In this document: positions 32,995-46,119 of the stretch, in pieces | Position numbering within the stretch: position 1 is the first letter of the stretch | How the letters are laid out: each line of letters opens with the position of its first letter | From: Lama glama | Lineage: Eukaryota | NCBI GenBank assembly: GCA_028534125.1 | Contig: CM052832.1 | Span: forward strand, 16,370,001-16,434,000 | Reading direction: 5' to 3' | Length of the DNA stretch: 64,000 nucleotides | Program-made: the position numbers and the translations under genes | Notes under the pieces: model-generated | The model's input: the letters and a program-made list of their open reading frames with translations, nothing else | The model's database searches: none | What the model was told of the DNA's origin: nothing

Positions 32995-35173
32995 ATGAAG
33001 GGCTTTCTGCTGCTCATCCTGTCTGCTGTGCTCTGCTGGGTCTCAGGTGAGCACCTGGGGGCCCCCAAAGTCCTGGTTCACCTGGTCAGGACTTCCACAC
33101 CCTGTCCCAGCCACTGCCCTACACTACCCACAACTCAAGATCCCCAGTGCCCCCAGACCCAACTGGCTCAGTTGACCCTGTGACAGAGTCCTTGCTCCAT
33201 TTCTCAAGGACTCCAGTCTCCATCCTTCAGACTCCTCCCCACCAAAACCCACTCTTTTAACCTGCCCAGGGTTCCAGTTCCCCTGTTCCCCACTCCTTCT
33301 TGGAAACTCTGCTCTCCAGTTCCCCTGCCAGCCCCATTCCAATAATGAAACTCTCTAGGATGCAGCTTACCTGCTTCCTCCTCTCGCCACCTGCACTCAG
33401 CAGGGTGTTCTCTCAGAAATCTAGACATGCAGTCTGGGACTTCTTTTGCTCTCCATCCTCCCTTCTACTCCATCAGGGACTTTGTGCTCAGTCCTTCAAG
33501 CAGTGGCTTTTCCTGATACGCTCTGCTCCTCCCTGGGGTGCATACCCCCAGGGACACAAGCTTTCTGGAGGGTTCCAGTGGCCCCTCAGAACCTCCCAGA
33601 GAACCAGGGAGATTTCCCAGCCTTCTAGGGAGGGAATACCGGGGCTGCTCACCCCCAGATGAGGTAGGTTTTCCTGAGTTGCAGTCCCAGGATCCTCCAC
33701 CCATAGACTGAACCCTTTCTTCACTCAAACCTTAAATCAGCTGAGGCAGAAACTTTAAGAGGTGTCATCTTCTGCCCTCATCCTTCCATTTCGGTAAAGT
33801 GCTCAGATGGATTCCGATGATCTGTCTCCCAGATATTATTCCTTTCTGTCAGAGAGCTGCTGGGTTGGGAGGGTTCCATTCAGGTCTGGTTCTTCTTCCC
33901 ACACTCTTGGCCACCCCTGGGTTGAAGGTTAAATTATTAAAGCTGGCCTCCGGTGGCTTTCTTGCCCACCTCAAGTTCCAAGCGATTTCTGCAAGTGTTG
34001 TAACGCCATGGTTTTTACTTTTTATATTTCTTCCTGTTTCAAGACTCCATCTGTGATGTCTTCTGCATTCCTTCATCTTCTCCCTCACCTCCTCCATTCC
34101 TTCCCTGTGGTAGGCTCACATTCCGTCCCTCCCCAGCCCCATGTTTTTCTTGGTAACTCTGCTCCTCCTGACTCATCTCCAGGTGGGGTGGGGTGAAGAA
34201 AGATGTTAGGGTGCAGGCTATTCACAGAGCAACAACTCCACCCTCACCCACTTCCACTTCTGCGTCACTCACCTGCTCCATCCCTAGCAGACCAAACAGG
34301 TCAGAACACCTACTTGGCTCTTCTCCACCCTATCTCCCAGCTGGGCTCATCCCTAGGTGAGTCAGACGCTCCATCACCTCAGCATGACTTCTGTCTTCCC
34401 AGCTGACATTCGCTGTCACTCCTGCTACAAGGTCCCTGTGCTGGGCTGCGTGGACCGGCAGTCCTGCCGCCTGGAACCAGGACACCAATGCCTGACAACA
34501 AATGTGTATCTCGGTAACATCCCTTCTCTAGTAGGGAGAGGGGTCCAGTGGGAGACTATGGCTGGGGCTGAGGTGGAACAGAGAATTATAGCAATGATGG
34601 TAATTGGCCAAGGACTTTTGTGCTCCAGGCACCATTCCGTGTCTTTACATGGATTGTTTCAATTTCTGGTCATGACAACCCTAAGATGTGCTGCTATTGT
34701 TCTACTGAGGAAACAGCCTCAGAAAGAGACAGTAACTGGTCCAAGACTTCATGGCCAGCAAGTGATAGGACCAGGATTGGGGTGATGGGGCAAAGTAAGG
34801 AAGTGCAGGAGGTTAGACTGAGAAGAGATTCAGAAGGGCACGGCCAGGGGCAGAGTTGGGAAGGAAGGAAGCCTGGGTGGGGTGCAGGGGTGGGAAAGTG
34901 GACACAGGCATGCCAGGTGCCCACCTTAACTGGCTCCACTGGCCACTTCTAACCCCAGGTAAGATGTGGGTTTTCTCCAATCTCCGCTGCGGCACACCAG
35001 AAGAGCCCTGTCGGGAGGCCTTCAACCAAACCAGCCACAAGCTGGGCCTGACCTATAACACTACCTGCTGCAACAAGGACAACTGCAATAGCCCAGCCCC
35101 TCGGCCCACCCCGGCCCTGGCCCTTGTCCTTGTCACCTCCTTGGCTGTCCTTGGCCTCTGGCTGTTGCACTGA
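32995..35173 (+). CDS. LY6G6C: Ly6/uPAR GPI-anchored protein G6c, 3 exons, 125 aa
   Basis: Exons 32995-33046, 34403-34513, 34959-35173 (378 nt). ADIRCHSCYKVPVLGCVDRQSC...TTCCNKDNCN plus GPI signal. TATAAA at 32899; AATAAA at 35610. Confidence 0.97.
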
Positions 35174-35672
35174 AATCCACTCCGTGGTTGCCCCTCCTCC
35201 CACCTGCCTTGGCCTGAGCCTCTCTTCTTCTGTCTTTGTAACCTCTGCTTCCCTTTGCTCAGAAAAGCAACCCTCCAGACCCTTCACATTTCTTTGCTTA
35301 GACAGTGGTCTCCCGCTCCATCCTTCCACCCCACACCCTCCACTCTGCTTTTCCGGAGTCCTTCCCCATTTCCCTCAGACCACCCCAGATCCTCCATGGC
35401 CCCCTAAAAGGGCTCCCCCCTTTGCCTCCTGCACACTCCCATGCCCTCCTTGGGGAGGGATTGGAATCTGGGCTGGAAATGGGGGTTCTGCCCTGTCCCC
35501 AGTGAAGGCTCCCAAGAAGGACCTGATGACCTCATTGTATGAGCTGATTCCCCACACCCTGGCTGTCATACGTGCCCCAGCCTCATTCTCACCCCTTTCC
35601 ATTTTGAGTAATAAATGTCTGTATCTGATCAATTGTGCATTTTTGTCAGAAGATCTATTGACAGAAAAGCCG

Positions 35673-35705
35673 CCCACCCCACCCCCCACCCCACCCCACC
35701 CCACC
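35673..35705. repeat. (CCCCA)n low-complexity tract
   Basis: Directly visible just past the LY6G6C poly(A) signal. Confidence 0.85.
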
Positions 35706-36497
35706 AGGAAATAACACTCTCAGACCTCATCCCCATCAAAGAACCCCTCAGGGAGTTTTTCTGGGAGGCTGGGCTGCGACAAAAGGAGAAACAGGTTTTT
35801 CAGGCCTCCATCCCTCTTCCAGTGTCTGGGGGTGGCATACAGCTCCCAGTGTTTGGAGAAGCAATCCTTATCCTAAATTTAGGCCATACCTCTGATGTAC
35901 TGTCAAGAAGGAGGTACAGCCTGGCTTGAGGGATCCCCAGAAAAGGTAGGAGAGTTGCATGGGGATGGGACATGGGACCCTCTTGCCAGGCCTCACTCCC
36001 TCAGGTTAGAGTCAGAGGCCTCCTGGCCAGGTAAGTGAGGCACATTTCCTTTCTCAATCCAAAATAGCCATACTGGGAGCTAAGTTGCAAATGGAGGAAA
36101 GGGGAACAAGCCCAGACAACCAGGCTAATTGATTCCTGGTGGCCCCCACTCAGCCCAGAGCCTGCTCCTCTCAGTTATCCTCATTGCTAAGGAAGATTCT
36201 CTCTAGCAACAGGATGTAGAAGCCACTTAGGGCAGATTCTCCATTGTCCTTTGGGGTTTAGTTGGCTGAGAAGTGCACCATTGTAACTAAGTCCACTGAT
36301 CCTTGATGACCCCTAAACTCAAGCCTAGATGACCCCATATCACTCCTTCAGCCCTCCCATCAACAAAAGATGGAATTTTCCAGTCAGCTTTAGAGTGGTC
36401 GATAGATTTTAATGGCTCAAAGAGGAGTGTTTGTCTTCTCACTTCAGAGTGCCTTAGTTCCCTTGCTCCATTGCTCCCTTCCCTTCCCCGGCTCCCT

Positions 36498-38077
36498 CTA
36501 CCCTCTCCACAGTCCCGGCAGGAGCCAGACCAGGGTGGTGGCCGCTGCGGCCAAGAGGTATGCAGGGGCCGCAGTGCTTGCCACAGCACTGTTGCACAGG
36601 TCTCCAACGCAGCAGTCCCTGTGGGTCGTATAAGTCACCTCTCCCACCACTTCTGTTTCCACTCGATTGCAATGATGGGCCGCCACGCAGGCTGGATGAT
36701 GATGAATCAAGGTCACTGAGGCTGAGAGAGAGAATGACACTGGGGTGTTGGACACCTGGCTTGAGGACTTGCCTTCTGCGGCAGAGCAGATGTGACTTCA
36801 AGGAGCCCAAAGGGATCCTCTGCCCCCTCAAAAAACACCTCCCCGAAACCAAGTGATCACAGTTAACACGTTGACACTGTGAATCCCCTGATGGGATGCA
36901 CTGAGAGGGACCAACATCATTTCTTGCCCAAATCTCATGAGCTCAATCTAATCATGAGAAAATATCAGATAAATCCAAATTGCAGGATGTTCTATAAAGT
37001 AACTTACCAGGACTCTTCAAAAGTGTCAAGATCATGGGGGAAAAAAAGGAAGATTCAGAAATGTCACTAAGAAGACATGAGAGCTAAGTGCTATGTGGGC
37101 TCCTGGTTTGGGTTCTGTATCAGAAAAGGGACATGAGTGGGACAACCAGCTAAACTGAGTAAGGTCTGTAGAGTAGCTGGTAGTACTGTACCAGTGTTAT
37201 TTTCTGATTATGCTAATTGTACTATGGCTTTATAAGATATTAACATTTGAGGAAGCCGGGTGAAGAATATACAGTACTATTCTGTACTATTTTTTCAACT
37301 TTTCTGTCAATCTAAAATTATTTCAAAATTAAAAGTTGGGTGGAGGGCTGCTCCAGGAGCAGTAGGCAGGACCCAGTGCTTTGGATCCTCTCCCCTCAAC
37401 CAAAAATTGATTAATCAATTAATTAAAATTAAAATTCACACACACACACCCCTCTGGGATCCTTAACTGATGCCTGCAATTTGAAGTTTGGTTGAATATT
37501 TTGGTCCTTCAAGGGACACAGCTTTTCCAACCATTTGTGAGTGAATGGGCCTATGAGATTCTGGAGAGTCAAAAGGAGGGAGGTGGGGCTACACAGATGG
37601 CGGGCTTCCGGGGCTCGGCGCCAGGAGCCAGAAGGGGCTACAGACTGCTCCACTCCGACAATGGCACCATCTGCCCAGAGCCAGACTGAGCCTGGAAGGT
37701 TCTGGAAGCCAGAAGGACTGAGGGATGGGCTGGAGGCAGGGAGGGGCTGGGAGGAAGGGGGAGAAACTGAGGACTCACGGTTTCCAGACAGCTTGGTCTG
37801 TCCCACGTCCCCTTTGGGTTTGCGCTCCAGGAAGCCACAGCGTTCGCCCTCTCCACAAGTGGTCACGGTCTCTTGGCAGGAGCCGCTGGGGCCTCCACCG
37901 CAGTCGTAGCACCGCATGCGGTTTCCTGGCAGGAGAGAAGAGGTGCCGGACCTGGGCTCTCAAGGGAGCCGCTGGCAGAAGGGGACGGGCCTGTGTGAGA
38001 GGCGCCTGGGCTGCCTCCTTACCCAAGGCAGCCCCCAGCAGGGTGCTGAGTAGGATCCCGACAAATAGGGGGTTCAT
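36498..38077 (-). CDS. LY6G6D: Ly6/uPAR protein G6d, 3 exons, 141 aa
   Basis: Exons 38077-38023, 37925-37779, 36721-36498 (426 nt). MNPLFVGILLSTLLGAALGNRMRCYDCGGG...CVAAHHCN...RDCCVGDLCN plus GPI tail. TATAAA(-) at 38169-38174; ATTAAA(-) at 36408-36413. Confidence 0.95.
36850..37340 (+). mobile_element. L1MC-like 3' fragment in LY6G6D intron 2
   Basis: CTCAATCTAATCATGAGAAAATATCAGATAAATCCAAATTG...TAAGATATTAACATTTGAGGAAGC...TCTAAAATTATTTCAAAATTAAAAGTT. Confidence 0.75.
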
Positions 38078-38296
38078 CGTGTCTGCCTGTGTCCAGAGCG
38101 CCTCTCCCTCCCTCCCACCCCCCTCCCTGGCCCTGCTCTGCCAGCCTTTTATCCCCCTGGCCTTGGGCTTTATAGGGCAATAAAAGGGGAGGAAAGAGTC
38201 TCCCCCAGCATGCACCGGGGCCCCAATGGGGTCAGGGAGGGGCCCCCACAGGAGTCCCCACATTCCTCTGAAGTCCTCAAACTCCTCCACCTCAGA

Positions 38297-38785
38297 AACA
38301 GTTCTAAAACGGTGGCCCCAGAACTCCTGGGGGTCTCTAAGACCCTTTGAGAGGGTCCTCGACAGTCTTCCAACGACTTATCTGTGTGAGGTCAGATTTT
38401 CACCATAACCTCAACCAAAATAACGCATCCCAGCAGGTTGAATGCAGAAGCAGATGTGAAAACCCAGTCATCTTCTGGTTCTTCTATTAAGCCTGACATT
38501 AAATAGATTCTCCCAAGGATAAAGCAACGCCACTCTTCTTACTGTATTGTTGGGTAAGAGGCTATTTTTCACAAAACCATGTTTTGTTAACATGTAATAG
38601 GTTTATTGGTTTTTTATTTTTATTTTTTATTTTTAAATTTTTAAATAAACCTATCACACTGTTCTATTTCGATTTCTAGTATAACAAATAGCGATATAAC
38701 TTACATAAGAAAAGCTCTTTGGGGTCTTCAGTAATTTTTGAGTGTAAAGAGGTTCTGAGATGAAAAATGTTTTTGAAAACTGTTG
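38297..38785 (+). mobile_element. hAT-Charlie (Charlie1-like) DNA transposon remnant
   Basis: Termini CAGTTCTAAAACGGTGGCCCC...CTGGGGGTCTCTAAGACCCTTT and ...TTTTGAAAACTGTTG; internal TTGAATGCAGAAGCAGATGTGA and AAAGCTCTTTGGGGTCTTCAGTAATTTTT. Confidence 0.7.
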
Positions 38786-39694
38786 TTTAACAAATACCTG
38801 GGTGTCCTCTGTCTCACCCCCTCTCACATTCCCCCAGCCCAGTCTGCCTCTTACTCCTCCTGGTACATTCTGCCCTGATTCCCTAGATGCGGCTCTTCTC
38901 CCCAGACTCTCAAGCCCCAGTCTTCCAGACTCTACCACACGCCCCACCACTGCTCCAGAGCTTATCCCTGCCTTCCTTCCTAGTCTTTCTGACCCCCTCA
39001 CCCCTGCCCCAGTGGAAACACATCAGTCCCTCTGGCCCCACCCATAATTAATTCTTTCCTCCAATGTAGTAAAGCCGGGAGAGATAATTATGGGATAGCA
39101 ATGTTAAGGCTTGGGGAGATCAAAGGGATCAGAGGCTGGGTGGGGTCCTCCCTTGCGCAGCTGCAGCTGGGCTTTGTGTGTGCAGGTTGCGGGGTTGGGG
39201 GTTGCTGATTCCACACTCAAATACCATGCGCAAACAGATCTGGGCCCAGGCTGTTTAGGAGAGTGACCTTGAGAGACTTAAATACACAGAAGGGGAAAAC
39301 ACGAAGAAACAAAAACTGGGAGAGAGCAGAGAACAGCTTGAGACAAGGGGAGGGAGGGAGAGGAGTAGGAGGGGAAGTGACAGACACTGACAGACACCAC
39401 TCAGGAGCGGCAGACGCAGCTAAGAGTAACAGGCAAACGCTAAGAGCAGAGAAGATCCTCAAGGTAAGAGCAGACTCCAGTAGGAGGCAGGGAGGATGTG
39501 AGAGCAGTGGGGCCAGGGCCCCTGCTGTGTCAGGCTGCTGAATCTGTTCCCAGTTCCGTCCCCCACAGATTCACTCCCTAGGTGTGTTTGTTTTCTGGTC
39601 CCTCCCTGTCTTGCTCAGATGCTCCAACTCTCCAACTCTCAGATCTCAGGGTACAGATCACATTCTCCCAGACTCCTGAGCCCCGGGTCCAGCC

Positions 39695-40892
39695 ATGGGC
39701 ACCTCCAGCATCTTCTTCTGCATTCTGTTTCTTGGTGGGGCACTGGGTAAGGGTGAGCTGGGGAATCCTTGGGGGCTAGAGGCAGGGTCCGGTGGTGGCA
39801 GGGGCTTGTGGAGGAGCCTGAGGGCTGGGGAGGGGGCTGGGGAGTGTGCTGAGAGATGCCAAGGAGAGAGCTGTAGGGGCTTTGGAAAGAAGAGATACTT
39901 GGAACAGTCTCTGGCCAGTCTAATGAGGTGAAACAAAGAAGTTTCTTTTCAAAGACATTTGAGAATAACTGTCTCTTCCTTGTGGCGTCTTTGACATGCC
40001 CCTTATCTCACCTCTTGCTTCTTGGCTGGGCCCCTTGGTCAATGTTAATTCCTATTTTCCCATCTGACTTGGCACCATCTGCTTAACTTCTTCACTGCCA
40101 TCCCTCTCCCATCCCGTCTGGTTTTTTGTATCATTCTCTGTGTTCATCTCTGAGTCTCTTGGCTTCTGTTCATATTTGTGCATCTCTCTCACTCCCTGTA
40201 TCCCTCTTGCCTCTGTGTCTTTTTCTTTTCTGGCACTGTCTCCCCTCCCTTCTCTGTGTCTCTTTTTCTACTTCTGTCTGCTTTTCTCTCCATTTCACGC
40301 TTCCCTCTCCTATTTTGTGTATCACCTCTCTCTGCATCCCATTCCCAGATCTGGGCTCAGCCTCTCACCTGTCCTGTTTGCCTCTCTTCCCTGCCTGGTC
40401 TCCATCGACCTCACAGGTCTCACCACATCCTCTGCCCAGGGACGGCTCCGCTGTTACACCTGCAACTTCGCCAAACCCTGCTACCCTATTCCCACTGAGT
40501 GTCAGGATGATGAAGTTTGTGGCATCAGCATTGGTACCTCAGGTAGGATTCTGGTCCAGTGGACCTTCTCCAGGTCTTCCCCACTGCCATCCATCCTGTC
40601 TTTCCTGTGGCCTCCTGGCCCTTGCCTCTTTCCTGCCCAAGCCTCAGCATTCTCCCTTTGTCCCACAGAGCAGAGTGAGGTCATCCAGCGGAAAGGCTGC
40701 CTCCCAAGGGCCCAGTGCCCTCTGCAGGGCCATGCCACCTACTGGGAGCGCTCCTACTCTCTGCAGCACCACTGCTGTGAGCAGGACCTGTGCAATGCGG
40801 CCACCACCCTGCAGCGGCTCCCCAGCTGCCTCCTCATCACCCTGCTCATCCTCATGGCCAGCTTCACCTGGGGAGGCCACCTTCTCCACTAG
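39695..40892 (+). CDS. LY6G6E: Ly6/uPAR protein G6e, intact, 3 coding exons, 133 aa
   Basis: Exons 39695-39746, 40417-40542, 40669-40892 (402 nt). MGTSSIFFCILFLGGALG...LRCYTCNFAKPC...HHCCEQDLCN plus hydrophobic tail; 10 Cys in the LU domain; syntenic between G6D and G6F. Confidence 0.93.
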
Positions 40893-41585
40893 CCTCTCAC
40901 AGACCTACAGCCGTCAACACAGGACTCCTCTACCATCACCATAGCCCTGGGAACACCTGTACAGACACTTGCGAGATTTGGCCAAGAACCTGATTTTGTA
41001 CAGAGACCTCAGATCCCTGGTCCCAAGAGCTTCCCAGACCCCCCACAAGACCTGATTCCTACAGTCATTGCTCCAGCCCCTCCTGGCCCACAGTTCCTGC
41101 CCAGAGCCCAGCCTCATAAAGAACACCTGTTCTGAATCTTCGGCCTTTTCTAGATGCCCACTGCTGATGTGTTCTGTCAGCCCCAGCCTTCTGGCAAGGC
41201 AAGTGTTTGATGGAGCTGGGGGTCCCAGGCAAGGGGATTGAAGGGCCACCAGATGTGGTGGGGAAGAGAGTTCTGTTAGGAAAGTTTAATTTAGTAGGTC
41301 AGGAACTCAGGAAGGAGGGCTTGGAGAGCTAGGAAGAGTATACATAATAAAAATGCTGTCTTGGGAGTCCGGAAACGCCTGTGTGTGTGTGTGTGTGTGC
41401 ACGAGCACACACATTCTCTCTCTAAAAGCAAACTATAGCTGCTTGGTGGGTTGGGCTGGGATGCTGGCACCTGAAAAATAACTGTCCCTTCATCTTCCAT
41501 CTGTCATTGGCGTCCTCCTTCTTGCCAATAGCTTAGCTTAAGCCACTGCAGCGTGAAGGCTTTAGGTGAGACTTCCAAGAAAGCT

Positions 41586-41676
41586 TTTCTCTAGCGAAGC
41601 CCCAGCTTGACTAGATACACAAAAAGGCCCTTTCTCCAGTGAGGCCCAAGCTTGACTGGATACATAAAAGGGCCCC
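41586..41676. repeat. Imperfect 45-bp tandem duplication
   Basis: AGCTTGACT(A/G)GATACA recurs at 41604 and 41649. Confidence 0.8.
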
Positions 41677-42642
41677 TGGTGGAGTGGTGAGGGTGTGGCT
41701 AGGAGGCCACAGGAGACAAGGAACACCAGTGTCCTCCCCCGCTTCACCAGCCCAGACTTGTCCATGGTTTACTGACAAACCAGATTACACACCCAACCAG
41801 AGAATCCACCCACCCACCGCTGAGGACACTCTCGCTGCCTAGGGAGAGAGCATGTGACTTGTGGGGCTGTCAGGATGTCAGGATGACAAGCTGCTCCCTG
41901 CTCCGGATGCCACAATGGAGTGCCTAGGATAAGGAGGAGTGTGTGGGGGGGCACCCCATCCTGACCCCTTCCTTCCCCTTCCATCTGAGGAAGTCTGGGG
42001 TCCGATTAAAGGTGCTTATTCTCTCTCAACTTCTCTTTGTGAGAAGGAGACGGGGGTGAGGATCTGGCTTAAATTAGAAGCAAGTTGAGTGTTATTTCCA
42101 TTCTCTCTGTCCCTCCATCCTCCCACTTTGTACTTCTATTTTTCTGTCTTTCTGTCTGTCTCTTTCCCCTTACTCTGCCTTGAGCCTCTTCCCTTCTCTC
42201 TTCTTCAATGTCCCCCATTTGTCCTTTGGTTCCCCATAGCTGATCCTCCCCCAGCGCTCCAGCCTCTGGATTCCTCTGTGTCTTTTCTGCCCATCCCCAA
42301 CCCTCCTCAGCCCTTGCCAGCTACCCCAGGCTCCCTTCATCCCATGGTACTGCAGGTTTAGGCCACCCTGTCACTGGCTACTGCGAGATAGGAAACCACA
42401 CCTTTTCATAGGTGACATCACAGAATAATTCTTCTTTCTTTCAGCTCCCAGCCCCTTAAAACACACATGCACGCACACGTACACACAACACACAGAAAAC
42501 ATAGTTTGGCTGCTGGAGACCAGCTGGACTGGGAAGTAGCACTCCCAGCCCCTCCCCTCTTGCCAAGGTTTTCAGGGAATCCTTCAGGTGCCAGATGACC
42601 AAGGAGACAGCAGGTGACACTTCCCAGCAGCTGTCATTAAGA

Positions 42643-45429
42643 TCACCTGGTCTTGGGGACAGGTGGGCTGTGGGTTTTGCAAAGGAGAAAGACAGATTAA
42701 GGATACTTCCATTCGCCACCTTCTTGGGGACCAGCATCTGATCCCCACCCCACCCCAGTCTCCTCTGGGTTTTAAACCTCCGCCCCCTAGCTCCTCACCT
42801 GAGATGGGCCAAATGGATATTCTCATAGACCTGGATCTCGGGTTTGAATCGAGGAATTGAGGCATCTGGGGAGAAGGAGCCATAGCGGGTGCGGCAGAGA
42901 AGTCAGATAACTCAGAATTGTATTCCTTACCCCCTCCTCCCCTAAGGAAGACCGCATAAAGCAAGATGTGAGCTCACCCCCTCTGCCTCATGCCCACAAA
43001 CTCTCTTCTTTCCTCTGGGGAGGAGGGACTCACCTCTGCCCTGAGACCCCTGGACCCTCCACCTCCACAGCATGATGCTGAGGACCAGGATAATGATCCC
43101 CTGGCCCACTGCGAGCAACAGCATCAGGATCCGGGGCACACCCCAGTCTGTGGAAGGGGCACAGAGGGCAGGGGAGGCGTCCGCGGAGGCTGCAGCAAGG
43201 ACAAGACAAGAGGGATCAGGAGGGAGGTAGGGAGGGGGTCTGTCCCTTGTGCCCCACAGAGAAGCTTCCCCCATAGTCTGGTGGTCTCTTCCAAAAGACT
43301 TCATATGCTTCCTTGCCCCCAATATCCACAACCCCCCTTGTCCCTTTTCCAGGCCTCTCGCCCTGACCCCCTGAGCCAACACTGATAGAGAGTGCCAGTG
43401 CCCTCTGCCTACACATGGACGGCTAACTCTAGGGCAGACCACGAGTTACAACTGCGATTTTTAACTCATACCCTTCCTAGTAATCCACCCTTTCAAGAAA
43501 AAAGACAGTGCCTTCTGTTTATTCGTTCTTCCATTCATTCACTCCATAAGCATCTGCAGAGTGCCCACCATGTGCCAGACACCATATTAGGTGCTGAGGA
43601 TGGAGAGGGAAATAAAACCCAGTCACTGCCCATTAACTGGCCTATGCTTACCAAAATAATGGGCATTGGCTCCTCCCTCCTGCCTTGCGAATGGGTTATT
43701 CTACAACCAATAGCATTCTTTCTCTGCATAATGGACTTTTTATTGTAAAACAATCATATATTTTTCCTCCTTCTGCCTCCACTATCAATGGGCCATTATA
43801 ACATCGGTGCATATATCCTTTCTTCAAAAGACAACTGCCCCAGCAATAATTCTTACTTTCTTCCTCTCTGCTAAGGGATTTTTCACAAAAGTCACAGATT
43901 ATTCTATTTCTAAATACAGATATAGACCACCAGAATCCTTCTCCCTCTTGGCTGATGGTCTATTCCATGAGAAAGCTCACTTAACCAACCCCCTTCTCTG
44001 CTAAATGGATTGAGTGAATGAGAAAAGAGTCCTCCTCCTCCAGGCAGCAGTCTGCTCCACCAAAAATGACCCCCTCCACACTGCCCCACGTGGCCAATAA
44101 CAGATTTGCCTCCTCTCTCCCCTCCTCCCCAGCCAGCGGTGTGGGATGTGTTGGAGGCAACATCCTTCCCACAGTGTCCCTCAGTTTACCTGCCAGGTTA
44201 AAGCTGATCCCTTTATTCTGTGGCATGAGGCAGCGGATGATTCTTGGTCTACGTCTCCTGGGCTCAGGAAGCCCCTCTCCAGGACACACCAAGAGCAGGG
44301 CAGCCCCATCACCCCAGAAGGACTGTACATAGCCCCTCACAGTACCCTTCCCCTCCAGCCAGGTCACAGAGTCCAGGCGCCTGGCAGGGACCACAGAGCA
44401 CAGGAGGACAGAGCAGGGGGATCCATCTGCAGCCCTTGCAGAGAACTGGGATCCTGGAGGGAGAGAGGGAGTCCTTAGTTTTTTGTCTGGGCTTCCCTAA
44501 TTCCCAGTAGCCCCTGGTCTGCATGCCCCCCACTCACCTCTGAGCACAGAGACATCATACACCCTCCAGTTCTGGTACTTGTTGTGCTGACCCAGCACAG
44601 CGCACCAGTACCTCCCAGCATCTCCCTCCCTGGACCCTTCCAGCCACAGAGAGTAGTTTCCCAGCAGTTTGAGCTGGGGTTCCCTTTGGAGCTTCCCAGA
44701 GTAGGGAGTTGGTCTGGCCATTTGGACTTGGGCCACTAAGACAGTAGAGGAGACTGTTGCAGGGCTGCGGAACCACGACAAGATTTCATCCCCATGCAGG
44801 GTGGGCGGTGAGGGGCACGGCAGCTCCAGTGCCTCCCCCAAGGCGACATAGATGGCCTGGATGTTGTCTGTGGGGAGGGGGTTGTATGAGACCAGAGCCC
44901 TCCATCAAATCCACAACCACACCACTCGACCTCCTACCCCTCCCTTCCTCCCCTTCCTGGGTACCCCCAGCACTGGGCCTATCTGTAAGCACATTTCTCA
45001 AGTGACAGCTACAAAAAATTGAGGTGAATAGAAGAGGGTAGGACTCCCCCATCCCCACCAAGTGAGTGAAGGACTCTGAGGGCAAGAGGGGAAAGGCTGG
45101 AATAGTTAACAAATGCCCGTCTCCCTTCCCCTCATTTCTCATTTTCTGGATGAGCATTTACTTGTCCGTTCTTGTTTTCTAAAGGAAACTGTACCTGACC
45201 TGGACCCTCATGGTCTCTGGGTCTTCCCCAGTACTAGAGACAGGGGGAGGTCAACTGGGGTAAATCTATCTTCGTGAGCCAGATGCCTTCCCCAGGCCCC
45301 TAAGGAGAAATAGCAGCAGTCCCTCCCAACCTTGTGAAGAGCTAGAGAATCCCCCACCTCCTGCTCCTTACCTGCAACAGCCTTGGGGAGCCCACACAGG
45401 CACAGAAAGGGGAGGAATAAGACAGCCAT
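42643..45429 (-). CDS. LY6G6F: Ig-superfamily platelet receptor G6f, 6 exons, 299 aa
   Basis: Exons 45429-45372, 44867-44538, 44453-44190, 43189-43034, 42865-42799, 42667-42643 (900 nt). DNIQAIYVALGEALELPC...DAGRYWC, TM segment, cytoplasmic VYENIH (YxN, Grb2-type). Confidence 0.95.
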
Positions 45430-46119
45430 GGGGAGAGCTTGCCAACTTCTCTTGCCTGGGACCTGCTATCCCCAGGGAGGAAACAGAGCCCAGATTAACG
45501 CCCATTCTCCGTAGTCTGGAGTGACAAGGGCCTCTGAAGGGGATGTGAATGCTGGGGAGATAAAGCCTAGCTGCATGTCTACCAGGGAAAAAAATGACCA
45601 CCACCTTTCCATGCCGAGAGAGAAAAGACCCAGTTCAGGCCACTCTGAAGATGACCCCATTACCCTTCAGACTCCACATCAGCTGAAGGAGTCAGATCAA
45701 AAACTCTCCATGCTAAGACGTCTGCCCAGAAGCAGTCACGGTTGTCCACATCCCATCAGTCTGGAAGTACACTCCGTGTTCTCCCTTCCAACCCTAGAGA
45801 TCTCAGCCATGAGTGAAGATGAGTCTTCATGTTGGTTTCCAAGGAACCCCAGCACAAGACTGCACACCCAGTCAGTACTCCATAAATGACTTAGAATGAC
45901 ATTCCTTTTGGCTGCCTGGCACACCACAGACTTCTTCTGAGCCTCTGGTGAGTATATTAAGTTATTAACTCAAGGAGAAGGTTAGCAGGGGCCTGGAAAA
46001 TTCACTGATTCATCCCTTTTCCCCAGGCAGGACTCTTAGGGCAGATCTTCATATAGCTCTAATAGTTTGTAATGTGTTATTTATTTTCAAAGGCTATTCC
46101 TTTAACAGTTGTTTTTGAT

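Noticed and set aside
40126..40944. 272-aa and 250-aa ORFs over LY6G6E
   Set aside because: Pyrimidine-rich intron sequence lacks stops by composition; the spliced 133-aa model explains the signal.
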